Below are positions 8,577 to 17,153 of a DNA stretch of 32,000 nucleotides, piece by piece (within the stretch, counting starts at the first letter, position 1; each line of letters starts with the position of its first letter). The DNA is taken from sequence record KX576640.1; one strand, given 5' to 3'. The DNA comes from Arthrobacter phage RcigaStruga. The position numbers and the translations under genes were made by a program. The notes under the pieces are model-generated. The model was not told where the DNA came from. It ran no database searches and worked only from the letters and a program-made list of their open reading frames with translations.

Positions 8577-9583
8577 TGACTGCAATTCCGGAAGAGCTTC
8601 CTCCGGTCCTCGAACCTGAGGTCGAGGCGAATGGCATCCCCCGGCGCACGATTGAGCCGGACCCGATCCTCCAGATTCGGCGGATGCTGACGGAACTGTC
8701 CCAGAAGGTCGCCAAGCTCAGTAAGAACTCGGATTTGAGGAACAGCTCAATTTCGGGTGGCGAGGGCATGGTGGTCAAGGACGACGAGGGCAATATTCGC
8801 CTCCGAATCTCCACCGAGGAAGCGGCTATCATCGCCTACAAGGCGGACGGTACCGAGACTGCCCGTTATGGACTCCTGGCTCACTCCGACCCGGGCGAGT
8901 ACGGGATCGAGGCGCTGACTTCGGCGGGCTGGTCCCACGTCGGCGCTGGGGTGGCGGATTGGGCCACGCTGGACGGGAAGCCCACGACCTTCCCCCCATC
9001 GACCCACACTCACTCCGGCTCCCAAATCACTTCGGCTGTAGCCAACGCCACCGCAGCAGTAACCGCCACCTCAGCGACCACAGCTTCGGCTGCAGCGTTG
9101 GCAGACGGGTCGAGCTACGCGTTCAACAACAACGTCACCGGCTCGACCTTCTATGCCGTTTGGGTGGGCAATGATGGTGGGTTCCACCTCGGGCGCAACA
9201 CCTCCTCGATCCGGTACAAGATGAACGTCCGGGACGCGTGGAACCTGAGCACGAAGATCATGGATCTCCGGACCGTGGTGTACGACCGGAAGCCCTCGTT
9301 CCGTCCAGTGCAAACCGCAGACGGCGAACCAGCGCAGGGTCCTCAGTTGCGGGTCGAAGGCGCTAAGAACGAATTCGGCATGATCGCTGAGGAAGTGGCG
9401 GAGATCTGGCCCGAGGTAGTGACCTACTTCGACGGCCAAATCGACGGCATCCGGTACGACCTGATCGGCCCCCGGCTGATCCCGTACACACAACACCTAT
9501 TGGACACCGTGTCCCAACAGGATAAACTGATTAAAGATCTGACTGCTCGGTTGGATCGGTTGGATGGAGGCGGCACCGCATGA
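8576..9583 (+). CDS. Minor tail protein with C-terminal S74 intramolecular-chaperone-like region
   Basis: GTG overlapping TAG (TAGTG); N-terminal coiled region, then ...FGMIAEEVAEIWPEVVTYFDGQIDGIRYDLIGPRLIPYTQHLLDTVSQQDKLIKDLTARLDRL resembling peptidase S74/chaperone C-termini. Confidence 0.7.
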   Translation: MTAIPEELPPVLEPEVEANGIPRRTIEPDPILQIRRMLTELSQKVAKLSKNSDLRNSSISGGEGMVVKDDEGNIRLRISTEEAAIIAYKADGTETARYGLLAHSDPGEYGIEALTSAGWSHVGAGVADWATLDGKPTTFPPSTHTHSGSQITSAVANATAAVTATSATTASAAALADGSSYAFNNNVTGSTFYAVWVGNDGGFHLGRNTSSIRYKMNVRDAWNLSTKIMDLRTVVYDRKPSFRPVQTADGEPAQGPQLRVEGAKNEFGMIAEEVAEIWPEVVTYFDGQIDGIRYDLIGPRLIPYTQHLLDTVSQQDKLIKDLTARLDRLDGGGTA

Positions 9584-10656
9584 CGCTTAAGCGCGGTCTA
9601 TTTGTTCCCCTGAATGGGGCGACTGGTACTACACCGATTGAAGCGAGGTTGGCCCTCGGAGGTATGCTGGTTGAGAACGCACCGGGGGTGCCTCGGTCCG
9701 GCGTGATGGAGAACGCCAAGACGAACCTCGTGTACGGCTCCGGAGCTTCTCTTTCGGCTATCGTGGACCCGTCACACTACATCGTCCACCGAACCCAGGG
9801 AGAGGGCGCGTACAGCTTCTCCAATGAGGGAACGACCACCGTCCCGCTAGCTGCGGCCCCCGGTGCGAACTCCCGTATTGACCTAATCTGGGTAAAGCAG
9901 AACGACACCACCAAAGGCGACCCGGACAACAACGCAATCGTCGGGGTGGAAACCGGAACTGCTGCGGCGACTCCGAGTGGCTCCTATGGTACCGTCCCGG
10001 CTGGCGCAATGGTGTTGGCCGAGGCGCTGGTCTCGACCGGCAACACCCTCGGCACTCAGGTGTCTTACACTCAGGTGTTTGAATACACTGCAACCCGTGG
10101 ATCCGCTATCCGGGTCCGGGACCTTGCAGACCGGAACACAATCACCACTCCGTTCCTCGGCCAGCAGGTTATCCGGCTGGATCGAAACAACCACGTCCAG
10201 ACTTGGAATGGAACGGCTTGGCGCTGGACCTCAACCCCGGAACGGTACTACGCCGACCCGGCGACGTTCAGCATTACCAGCTCCACGGCGGACAAAGTGA
10301 TTGGGATCGTATCAGCGGCACCGACACGAAGCTACGCCACCCAAGTCCGCGTGAACGGCCGTTTGACGGTTTCCTCGGCTGCGATTGGTTCCGGCTCGCT
10401 GCAGCTCCGGACTTGCGTCTCGGCGGGCGTGGAACTGGTGGACGACGCGCAGGCTAAGTCCTTCGTCTCGTTCGGTCCTCCCGGCTCCTACTGGCTCACC
10501 GGCAACATGGAGACCGACTGGATCGCAATCGGCGCGGGCATCTCGCCTCGTGCTCGTATCTGGACCCAGGTATTCTCCGGCGCAGTGGCTCACGCAGCCT
10601 CCAACGACCGCAAGCACAACCACCTGTGGTGCGAGGTGCTCCCCGCCAATGATTAA
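9580..10656 (+). CDS. Minor tail / receptor-binding region protein
   Basis: 358 aa ORF overlapping the previous stop by 4 nt (ATGA); beta-rich, N-term MTLKRGLFVPLNGATGTTPIEARLALGGMLVENAPGVPRSGVM as in actinophage minor tail proteins. Confidence 0.65.
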   Translation: MTLKRGLFVPLNGATGTTPIEARLALGGMLVENAPGVPRSGVMENAKTNLVYGSGASLSAIVDPSHYIVHRTQGEGAYSFSNEGTTTVPLAAAPGANSRIDLIWVKQNDTTKGDPDNNAIVGVETGTAAATPSGSYGTVPAGAMVLAEALVSTGNTLGTQVSYTQVFEYTATRGSAIRVRDLADRNTITTPFLGQQVIRLDRNNHVQTWNGTAWRWTSTPERYYADPATFSITSSTADKVIGIVSAAPTRSYATQVRVNGRLTVSSAAIGSGSLQLRTCVSAGVELVDDAQAKSFVSFGPPGSYWLTGNMETDWIAIGAGISPRARIWTQVFSGAVAHAASNDRKHNHLWCEVLPAND

Positions 10657-11098
10657 GGTCAATGGGGCACGAGGTGCAACTCTTCTGGGGTTCGGGGGTC
10701 TGTCAGTCATTTTCGGGCTGGCATACCTGCCGACCCCGATCTCGATCATCCCTCCGATCCCAATGGGGCTGGGCGGGCTGCACGAGCTGATCCCGCTCGG
10801 ATACTGGGGCGCGGTCTGGTTCCTGATCGGGCTTTACCTAATCTACTCAGCCTTCCGGGAGGACCAATCCCGGGCTATGGCCTTATTCGCCGGAATGTGC
10901 GCGATCTGGGGCTTGAGCTACACTTGGGCTTGGATTATAGGGTTGGTGGACGGCAATCCCGCCACCTCCCGTCTTTGGATGGCGTCAACCGTCTACATGT
11001 CGTTCTTGGTGGCGTGTATCGGCGTTTCTCGGTTGGTTAACGCTCCGGTCCAGCGAGTTAAAGAGTTGATCGCTGAGATCGAAGAAGGGAAACACTGA
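10649..11098 (+). CDS. Predicted multi-pass membrane protein, unknown function
   Basis: Start ATG at 10649 (MIKVNGARGATLLGFGGLSVIFGLAYLPTPIS...), overlapping upstream stop; about four hydrophobic helices. The ORF-track start (10385) is over-extended. Confidence 0.65.
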   Translation: MIKVNGARGATLLGFGGLSVIFGLAYLPTPISIIPPIPMGLGGLHELIPLGYWGAVWFLIGLYLIYSAFREDQSRAMALFAGMCAIWGLSYTWAWIIGLVDGNPATSRLWMASTVYMSFLVACIGVSRLVNAPVQRVKELIAEIEEGKH

Positions 11099-11099
11099 C

Positions 11100-11426
11100 A
11101 TGACCGATCTCTCGGCACCGCTCTTTGATGTGGTAAAGACGGCAGTTACGGTGCTGGGGTCCGGAGGTGCGATGTGGCTAGTCGCCAAGCTGACCCGCAA
11201 GAGCCAGCAGGAGTCGAGCCAGATCGCACTACTCACAAACCTGATCGACCAACTACAGGAGGAACGGAACGCGGCAGTCCTTACGGCTAAGCAGGTTCCA
11301 CTCTGGCGGCGGTACGCTCAGGGTCTTAGGGGCCAAGTTTACCGCCTATCGGAGCAGGTCAGCCGACTTGGGGAAACCCCGGTTGAGTCCGCTCCTATCG
11401 AACCTACGGAAGGACTAGAGCTATGA
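11100..11426 (+). CDS. Small single-TM protein of the lysis region (holin/spanin-like candidate)
   Basis: 108 aa, N-terminal hydrophobic segment VVKTAVTVLGSGGAMWLVAKL followed by coiled-coil-like tail. Confidence 0.5.
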   Translation: MTDLSAPLFDVVKTAVTVLGSGGAMWLVAKLTRKSQQESSQIALLTNLIDQLQEERNAAVLTAKQVPLWRRYAQGLRGQVYRLSEQVSRLGETPVESAPIEPTEGLEL

Positions 11427-12259
11427 CGTACGACCTGTTCGAAGGTCACACTTCGAATAACTTCACCCCGGGCGCTCTCGCAAATCAGGTCTGGGGCCAG
11501 GGTCCACGCCGGGTCGAATCGATTACGATTCACTGGTGGGGTAATTACGGGCAGGAGTTCTGGGCGGTTGAGGATTTCCTCTGCAAGAACACCAAGCCGA
11601 CCTCTGCGCACTTCGTGGCGCAAGAGGGCTTGGTTTCCTGCATCGTCTCGCCGGATGATTCCGCGTGGCACGCCGGTAACCCGTACGGCAACACTACCTC
11701 CATCGGTATCGAGTGCCGACCGGAGGCCACGGACGGGGACTACCAGACCATCGCGGAGTTGGTGGCGTATTTGCGCTCCATTTACGGCGACGTGCCGCTC
11801 GTGCACCATTACGAGTGGCAGTCCACAGCATGCCCGGGCACATACGACCTTGCCCGAATCGATCGCCTCTCCCGAGGCGTGCACGTAGATCCAATTAAGG
11901 AAGAGGAGTTGACCGTGGCCGAGATGGACCGTGGTATCGCATACATTCGCCAGTTGGCTTACACCGGCTGGACTGACGATCAGGGCAAGAAGCACCCCGG
12001 CTTCATGCTGGTGATTGAGGAGAACCAGAAGCGGATCGATCAGATCCCCGCTGCAGTCGCCAAGGCGGTCTGGGACACCCCGATCAACCGTGGTACCGCT
12101 GAGAAGCCGGTACTCGTGCGGGCGCTCCAGGATTTGGCCAACAACGGCTCGGACACCGCGAAGATCTTGAACCGTCCGGCTTCTTCGGGTGCCGAGGTGA
12201 ACACCGAAGCGATCGCCCAGTCGGTGTTCGATAAGGTGATTGCGTGGCTCAAGCGATGA
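11423..12259 (+). CDS. Endolysin, N-acetylmuramoyl-L-alanine amidase (Amidase_2-like)
   Basis: 278 aa; ITIHWWG...TSAHFVAQEGLVSCIVSPDDSAWHAGN...TTSIGIECRPEATDGDYQTIAELVAYL...VPLVHHYEWQSTACPGTYDL are classical zinc amidase motifs. Confidence 0.9.
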   Translation: MTYDLFEGHTSNNFTPGALANQVWGQGPRRVESITIHWWGNYGQEFWAVEDFLCKNTKPTSAHFVAQEGLVSCIVSPDDSAWHAGNPYGNTTSIGIECRPEATDGDYQTIAELVAYLRSIYGDVPLVHHYEWQSTACPGTYDLARIDRLSRGVHVDPIKEEELTVAEMDRGIAYIRQLAYTGWTDDQGKKHPGFMLVIEENQKRIDQIPAAVAKAVWDTPINRGTAEKPVLVRALQDLANNGSDTAKILNRPASSGAEVNTEAIAQSVFDKVIAWLKR

Positions 12260-12759
12260 TCACTTTCAACGTAGACTGGTGGGCGGTTCTGCAGCTCGTG
12301 CTGTCGGCGGTTCTGCCGCTGGTGGTTGGACTGATCACCACCCGAATGACAGCGGGGACGAAGAAATCGATCCTGCTGCTGGCCCTGTCGGTCCTGACTT
12401 CGTTCCTGACCCAGCTCCTGTCGTGGTGGTTCGGTGGACACTCGGAGCCATACGACCTGTTCTCGGCGCTCCTGCTGGCTCTGGCGTCCTTCGTGATCGG
12501 CGTGGGCCTCCACGTGGGGGCCTACTCCTCCAAGAACGCGGACGGTACCTCCATTGCCTCCCGGCTGGCAGACAAGGGCATCACAGCGGACACTCCGGAC
12601 TTCGGTCCCACGTTCGCCGAGCAATTCCCGTCCTTGCACGCAGTGACCGAAACTACCGCACCCAATGTCGGCCTCCCGAAGTCCTATCTTCACTTGGAGG
12701 CTCCGGCAGGGGATCTGGCCGCTTTCGTTGATGCGCCGGGTCCGAAACATAAGGCGTAG
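12256..12759 (+). CDS. Putative holin
   Basis: ATG at 12256 overlapping TGA of the endolysin (ATGA); hydrophobic segments (AVLQLVLSAVLPLVVGLITT; SILLLALSVLTSFLTQLLSWWF; LFSALLLALASFVIGVGLHVGAY). Confidence 0.65.
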   Translation: MITFNVDWWAVLQLVLSAVLPLVVGLITTRMTAGTKKSILLLALSVLTSFLTQLLSWWFGGHSEPYDLFSALLLALASFVIGVGLHVGAYSSKNADGTSIASRLADKGITADTPDFGPTFAEQFPSLHAVTETTAPNVGLPKSYLHLEAPAGDLAAFVDAPGPKHKA

Positions 12760-12837
12760 TCCGCTTGCGTCAGTAGCAAGCCATACAGTACACTGGTGGT
12801 TTGGCACATGGCGTGGCTGGCGGTCCTCCTAGGGATC

Positions 12838-12864
12838 AGCCCCGGGGTAACTCCCGGGGCTTTT
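12838..12864 (+). terminator. Rho-independent terminator ending the virion/lysis operon
   Basis: AGCCCCGGG (12838-12846) / CCCGGGGCT (12853-12861), perfect 9-bp stem followed by TTTT. Confidence 0.85.
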
Positions 12865-12914
12865 CTCTTGACCTCCAGTTTTCCAGATAGACAACGAGTT
12901 AAGGATCACATTTA

Positions 12915-13220
12915 ATGCAAGATACACCGCACGTTTCCCGCAAGACCGAGCAGTACCTGAACGAGGACGGTACGGTTAACCTCCAGTTGACTAACGTCGC
13001 GGTAGCGGAGAAGCTGGACGTGAACCACTCGACCGTGAGCCGGATTCGCTCCGGCCAGCGCTACCCGTCCCGGGAGCTGATGCGCAAGATCGAGGGTGAG
13101 TTTAACTGGAAGGTAGTCCATCAGCTTGACCTGCTGCCCGACAAGGGCCGGAACCTGCGCTACGCTCAGGAATTCGAAAAGAAGATCATCAAGCGTGACG
13201 GACGCGCCACCATTGGCTAG
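12915..13220 (+). CDS. Small helix-turn-helix DNA-binding protein
   Basis: 101 aa; NVAVAEKLDVNHSTVSRIRSGQRYPSRELMRKIEGEF resembles an HTH; first gene after the lysis terminator. Confidence 0.7.
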   Translation: MQDTPHVSRKTEQYLNEDGTVNLQLTNVAVAEKLDVNHSTVSRIRSGQRYPSRELMRKIEGEFNWKVVHQLDLLPDKGRNLRYAQEFEKKIIKRDGRATIG

Positions 13221-13539
13221 TTTTAGCCACTACACCAAGCTAGCGCTTGAGCTGTCTCGGGAGGACTGCGGGCGCGTCGTGTCAATTGGCAATGGTAAGT
13301 GGAACATCGTAGGCATACTAAACCGGGTGGACAACGAGGACATAATCGAGTCTCCGGGCTGGGACTTCACGAGCGGCTCCCGCTCGATCCGCTGCTGGGT
13401 CACCGTTGGACCGTTCCGGGGCGAGATCGACCCTCGGTCCCAAGTAATTGTAGAGGTCCCCGGACTGCCAGCGGGTGAGGTAGGGGACGTAATCAAGGGA
13501 GAAATCGTTGCGACCGCCACTACTCCAACATCAGATTGA
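13213..13539 (+). CDS. Hypothetical protein
   Basis: Likely TTG start at 13213 overlapping the previous stop; MASFSHYTKLALELSREDCGRVVSIGNG...; ORF-track start (13126) lies inside the upstream gene. Confidence 0.55.
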   Translation: MASFSHYTKLALELSREDCGRVVSIGNGKWNIVGILNRVDNEDIIESPGWDFTSGSRSIRCWVTVGPFRGEIDPRSQVIVEVPGLPAGEVGDVIKGEIVATATTPTSD

Positions 13540-14899
13540 GGGGATCGAATGGATAAGGACCGTAAAGCGGGGGCTGCTCGGAGACGAACCGGGCTTGGGA
13601 AAGTCGCGTCAAGCAATCGAGGCCTTCGATGGTCCCGACCGAAGAAACGCGATCATAGCCCCGGCGATGGTGATCAACGGCGGGACGTGGCGGGACCAAC
13701 TGAACCAGTGGTCGGACTACCCGGAGAACTGGGTAGTGATTCCCTATTCGAGTATGAACGTGCGGGAGAAAACCGCCAAGGGTGGTTTGAAACCCTCTTC
13801 AAAACTGGTCCCCGAGCTTACCGGGAAGTTCCATGGCCTAGTAGTGGACGAATGTCACTATACGAAGGGTCGGGGGACGTACTGGACCAAGAGTGTCGAG
13901 GAGGTAGCGAAGAACTCCGAGCACGTGCTGGAAATGACGGGAACCCCGATCCCGAACTGGGCGCACGAGATGTACACCCTGCTTCGGGTGCTGTACCCGG
14001 AGAAGGCCAAGAGGGGTGGTCCTTTGGGGAGCTACTGGCGCTGGGTGGGGGAGTGGTTCGAAGTGACTCTGAGCCAGCACCGGGAGCACGAGAGAGTGAT
14101 CGGGCGACTTTTAGCGTGCCGAGCGGAGTGCTATATGAACCCGCCCTCGACACCATGCTCGCATTACAGCGACTTCATGAGCGCGAACCTTGGGAGGCAC
14201 TTCTTGAGACGCCTCCGCGACGACTGCTTGGACCTGCCTCCAGTCACTATTCAGGAGATCGAGGTGCCTATGAGTACCGATCAGAAGAAACACTACCGGG
14301 AGATGAAGAAACACTTCATGACCGAGGTGGACGACAAGGAGATCCTGAGCTGGTCAACTGGAGCACGCCACGTGGCACTCGACAAGATCTCAGTATCTCC
14401 ATGGTTGTTGAACCCGGTTGGGGAACCCCGAGGGGGGAAATTCGAGCAGCTGAGATTCGACCTCGCCGGGAGGGCAAGACCTACGCTAGTGTTAGCTCAC
14501 TACAGGGATGTTGTAGAGGGGTGTGTGGGTGTGGCCCGATCAGTGGGGGCTACCGTTGCTTCTGTTCACGGTGGAAATACCAAAACGGCGAATGGGAATG
14601 CAGTCCAGGCATTCAAGGATGGGAAACTGGACGTGTTAGTAGGGTCGCTGGAGATGGTGGCGGAGGGACTGCAGCTTACGGTGGCGGATATGGCGATCTT
14701 TGTCGAGACGTCCTACAAGCCGTATCGGAACGAGCAGGCTCGACAGCGGGTCCACAGGCTCGGACAGACTCGCCCGGTGACTATCAAGGACTATATAACT
14801 CCGGCTACCGTCGATGCCAAGAAGCGGGTGCTTCTGCAGGAAAAGACGACCGACCAGATCCGCTTCATGTCCGCTGGGGACTTCAAGAAATTGCTCTAA
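13508..14899 (+). CDS. SNF2-family DEAD/DEAH helicase
   Basis: 463 aa from TTG; HQIEGIEWIRTVKRGLLGDEPGLGKSRQAI (Walker A), VVDECHYTKG (DExH-like), LEMTGTPIPN (motif III), VLVGSLEMVAEGLQLTVADMAIFVETSYKPYRNEQARQRVHRLGQTRPV (motifs V/VI). Confidence 0.9.
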   Translation: MRPPLLQHQIEGIEWIRTVKRGLLGDEPGLGKSRQAIEAFDGPDRRNAIIAPAMVINGGTWRDQLNQWSDYPENWVVIPYSSMNVREKTAKGGLKPSSKLVPELTGKFHGLVVDECHYTKGRGTYWTKSVEEVAKNSEHVLEMTGTPIPNWAHEMYTLLRVLYPEKAKRGGPLGSYWRWVGEWFEVTLSQHREHERVIGRLLACRAECYMNPPSTPCSHYSDFMSANLGRHFLRRLRDDCLDLPPVTIQEIEVPMSTDQKKHYREMKKHFMTEVDDKEILSWSTGARHVALDKISVSPWLLNPVGEPRGGKFEQLRFDLAGRARPTLVLAHYRDVVEGCVGVARSVGATVASVHGGNTKTANGNAVQAFKDGKLDVLVGSLEMVAEGLQLTVADMAIFVETSYKPYRNEQARQRVHRLGQTRPVTIKDYITPATVDAKKRVLLQEKTTDQIRFMSAGDFKKLL

Positions 14900-14966
14900 A
14901 CCCAACCATGACGTACATGGGCTGGCTTGACAGGCTGGCAAAGCGTATGGTTGACTAGGTGTACAT

Positions 14967-14992
14967 GGTGAGGCCCTGACCGGGGCCTCACC
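14967..14992 (+). terminator. Stem-loop downstream of helicase gene
   Basis: GGTGAGGCCC (14967-14976) / GGGCCTCACC (14983-14992), perfect 10-bp stem, 6-nt loop; no U tract. Confidence 0.6.
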
Positions 14993-15014
14993 GGTCACCC
15001 AGTAGGAGCCACTC

Positions 15015-15425
15015 TTGCCGCACGTCACCACTAGGAAACTTGAGCAGATACAGGATCTGCTCGACGAGAACCTGTCCCATACTGAGATCGCCAAGCGACT
15101 CCGAGTCTCCCGGACCACGATCCGGTACTACTTCCCCGACCGGCCCGGGTTATCCAAGGCCGAGACCCTGGCCCTCGCCAACGCTGCCCGCAAGGCCAAG
15201 CGAGCGATTGTCCGGCCCGGGATCACCGAGCAATACGAGGAATGCCTCGTCTGCGGTGCCGACCGCCTAGAGCAGCGTCGGTTGCAGAAGCTCGGCAAAG
15301 GCACTCCGTGTACATTCCGGAAGAGCCACAGCTACACGGTGTTCCATCCGGGGCTGGACCCGGACTGCCCGCGCTGCCAACAGATCGCCAAGTCCCACAC
15401 CCACCACACTTGCCAGAACAACTAG
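15015..15425 (+). CDS. HTH plus Cys/His-rich putative DNA-binding protein
   Basis: TTG start after AGGAGCC; LSHTEIAKRLRVSRTTIRYYF HTH followed by CLVCG...PDCPRCQ...HTHHTC. Confidence 0.7.
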   Translation: MPHVTTRKLEQIQDLLDENLSHTEIAKRLRVSRTTIRYYFPDRPGLSKAETLALANAARKAKRAIVRPGITEQYEECLVCGADRLEQRRLQKLGKGTPCTFRKSHSYTVFHPGLDPDCPRCQQIAKSHTHHTCQNN

Positions 15426-15434
15426 GAGCCAAAG

Positions 15435-16040
15435 ATGTCCGCCACCGAAATCGATACCAAATCACCGACCCGCATGGGAGTCCTCTCCTGCGGACACTGC
15501 CTCGTCGGGCACCACGGCTGCTGCCCGGGTGGGGTCCGCAACGGCAACGGCCAAATCATCCTCTGTGCCTGCAAGTGGGACGGCTGCAGGGCGGGGCGAC
15601 CCCGCTGCACCGACTGCAACAACCGCGAGGCCAACGAGATTGGGCCGAACTGGAAGTGCATCGACCGGCAGGACTGCGAGGCCGAGCAGGAGCGCAAGCT
15701 CGCGGCCAATCCGACGATCCAGTGGATGCGGAATCTGGAGCGCCAGAAGCGGCCCGTTGCGATCTCGGAGGACGCGGGAGCGCTGGAAGGACCCCCGGCG
15801 CGTCAGAAGGTCTCCCGGACCCCACGGAAGCCCGCCGAGCCGACTCCCTGTACTTGTGGCTGTGGCGATCTGACCAAGGGCGGCAAGTTCCTGCCGGGGC
15901 ATGATAGCAAGTACCTCAACCAGCTTGTAGAGGCTGCGGAGCGCGGGGGCCGTCACGCCGACGAAGCCGCGATTCGGGCCGACGCAATCAGCGAAGCTTT
16001 CGGAGCCAAATTCCGCAAGCGTGCTGGCATCACTAAATAG
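15435..16040 (+). CDS. Cys-rich putative zinc-binding protein
   Basis: RBS AGGAGCC; 201 aa with CGHCLVGHHGCC...CACKWDGC...CTDC and CTCGCGDLTKGGKFLPGHDSKYLNQLVEAA. Confidence 0.75.
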   Translation: MSATEIDTKSPTRMGVLSCGHCLVGHHGCCPGGVRNGNGQIILCACKWDGCRAGRPRCTDCNNREANEIGPNWKCIDRQDCEAEQERKLAANPTIQWMRNLERQKRPVAISEDAGALEGPPARQKVSRTPRKPAEPTPCTCGCGDLTKGGKFLPGHDSKYLNQLVEAAERGGRHADEAAIRADAISEAFGAKFRKRAGITK

Positions 16041-16053
16041 AAAAGGAAATACC

Positions 16054-16530
16054 ATGGAACGTCGATACCTCCAGCCCCGAATGTCCTCCAAGGATTACGT
16101 CCGCAAGGGAGGGGCCAAGTCTATCCGCTTCACTGCGGACTATTGGGCTGCGCTCCGGAAGCAGAGGCAAGAACAGGAGGCCAAGCTCCTGCGCCGACGG
16201 GTAGTCGCCCATTGTAGGTTTATGGACAGGGACGGACAGCCGCCGTTGTATGTGTTCTTCGGCGGCGCTCAGGAGCTGCGGCACTGGTCCCAGGACTTCA
16301 TGCTTGCCCTGCTGGAGGTCGGGGTAGGGTTCGAACCTCGCCAAGACATCGTTGCGGCCCGCCCGGAGCGGATACGCGGGCACCGTCGCCGGTTGGTGGC
16401 GGTCTGGTCCTCGGACCCGACCCCGGTGGGGGAGCGGGCACGGCTGGCGGAGATCGACACCATGTACTGCATCGAGCACATGAACCAGATGAACGGATAC
16501 GAGGTTTCACGTGAAACTACCAATGCCTAA
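16054..16530 (+). CDS. Hypothetical protein
   Basis: ATG at 16054 preceded by AAAAGGAAA; 158 aa MERRYLQPRMSSKDYVRKGGAKSIRFTADYW... Confidence 0.65.
   Translation: MERRYLQPRMSSKDYVRKGGAKSIRFTADYWAALRKQRQEQEAKLLRRRVVAHCRFMDRDGQPPLYVFFGGAQELRHWSQDFMLALLEVGVGFEPRQDIVAARPERIRGHRRRLVAVWSSDPTPVGERARLAEIDTMYCIEHMNQMNGYEVSRETTNA
16504..16517. promoter_or_regulatory. parS-like ParB-binding site (14-bp palindrome)
   Basis: Exact GTTTCACGTGAAAC, identical to the core bacterial/actinobacterial parS consensus. Confidence 0.7.
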
Positions 16531-17068
16531 GGACGACGCCTACGGGCGAATGATCCTCGCGGTGGACCCCGGGGACGAACACGTGGGGGTGGCGTGGCTG
16601 GACCGGGAGCCGAAAGGCTGGGCGGTCGTATTCGTCACTGAAATGACCCCGGCTGAGTTCCTGGACTACATCTTGCCCGCGCTGCAGTCGGGTCTGTTTA
16701 GGTACTTTGTACTGGAGTCATTTAGCCTCTACGCGGACAAGCTCAAAGAGCAGATCGGCTCGGAGATGTTGACCTCGCAGATGATTGGCGCGGCCAAGTT
16801 TGCGGTGAAGATCGCGAATGATTCCAGCCACTTCAACCCGAACATGCAGATCGAGGTCGAACTCGTGATGCAGCAACCGGCAGTGAAGGCCCCGGCGTTC
16901 GCAATCCTGGCCCGCAAGAAGTACACCTTCACGGCCAAGCGTCTCAAGGTACCCGGCCAGCACGTCATGGATGCGGAGGTCCACGGTATCAAGTTTGTAA
17001 TGGACACCCTCGGAGAGAAGATGATACGTAATCCGGAGCTTTGGGACGTGGCCCCACTTGACAGCTAG
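16511..17068 (+). CDS. RuvC-like Holliday junction resolvase / RNase H-fold nuclease
   Basis: 185 aa; MILAVDPGDEHVGVAWLD (RuvC Asp motif), FVLESFSLYADK, QQPAVKAPAFAILARKK..., HVMDAEVHGIKFVM. Confidence 0.75.
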   Translation: MKLPMPKDDAYGRMILAVDPGDEHVGVAWLDREPKGWAVVFVTEMTPAEFLDYILPALQSGLFRYFVLESFSLYADKLKEQIGSEMLTSQMIGAAKFAVKIANDSSHFNPNMQIEVELVMQQPAVKAPAFAILARKKYTFTAKRLKVPGQHVMDAEVHGIKFVMDTLGEKMIRNPELWDVAPLDS

Positions 17069-17104
17069 TCAAGGAGTATGGTTTACTGGTGTTTTAGCCA
17101 CCCC

Positions 17105-17128
17105 GGGAGGGGTCGCAAGGCCCCTCCC
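17105..17128 (+). terminator. Stem-loop between resolvase gene and small-gene cluster
   Basis: GGGAGGGG (17105-17112) / CCCCTCCC (17121-17128). Confidence 0.45.
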
Positions 17129-17153
17129 ACCCCAAACATTCTAAGGAGCCAAA

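Noticed and set aside
7800-8585. 261-aa minus-strand ORF opposite a minor tail protein
   Set aside because: Antisense shadow of a well supported tail gene.
12868-12896. TTGACC after the lysis terminator as a promoter
   Set aside because: No convincing -10 at 16-18 bp spacing; left unannotated although a promoter is expected somewhere in this gap.
13549-14958. 469-aa + strand ORF in another frame over the helicase gene
   Set aside because: Overlaps the SNF2 helicase completely; its translation (Gly/Arg-rich) has no helicase motifs, whereas the 13508 frame has all of them.
15242-15904. 220-aa Arg/Pro-rich + ORF overlapping the Cys-rich protein genes
   Set aside because: Alternative-frame shadow of 15015-15425 and 15435-16040, both of which have RBSs and structured sequences.
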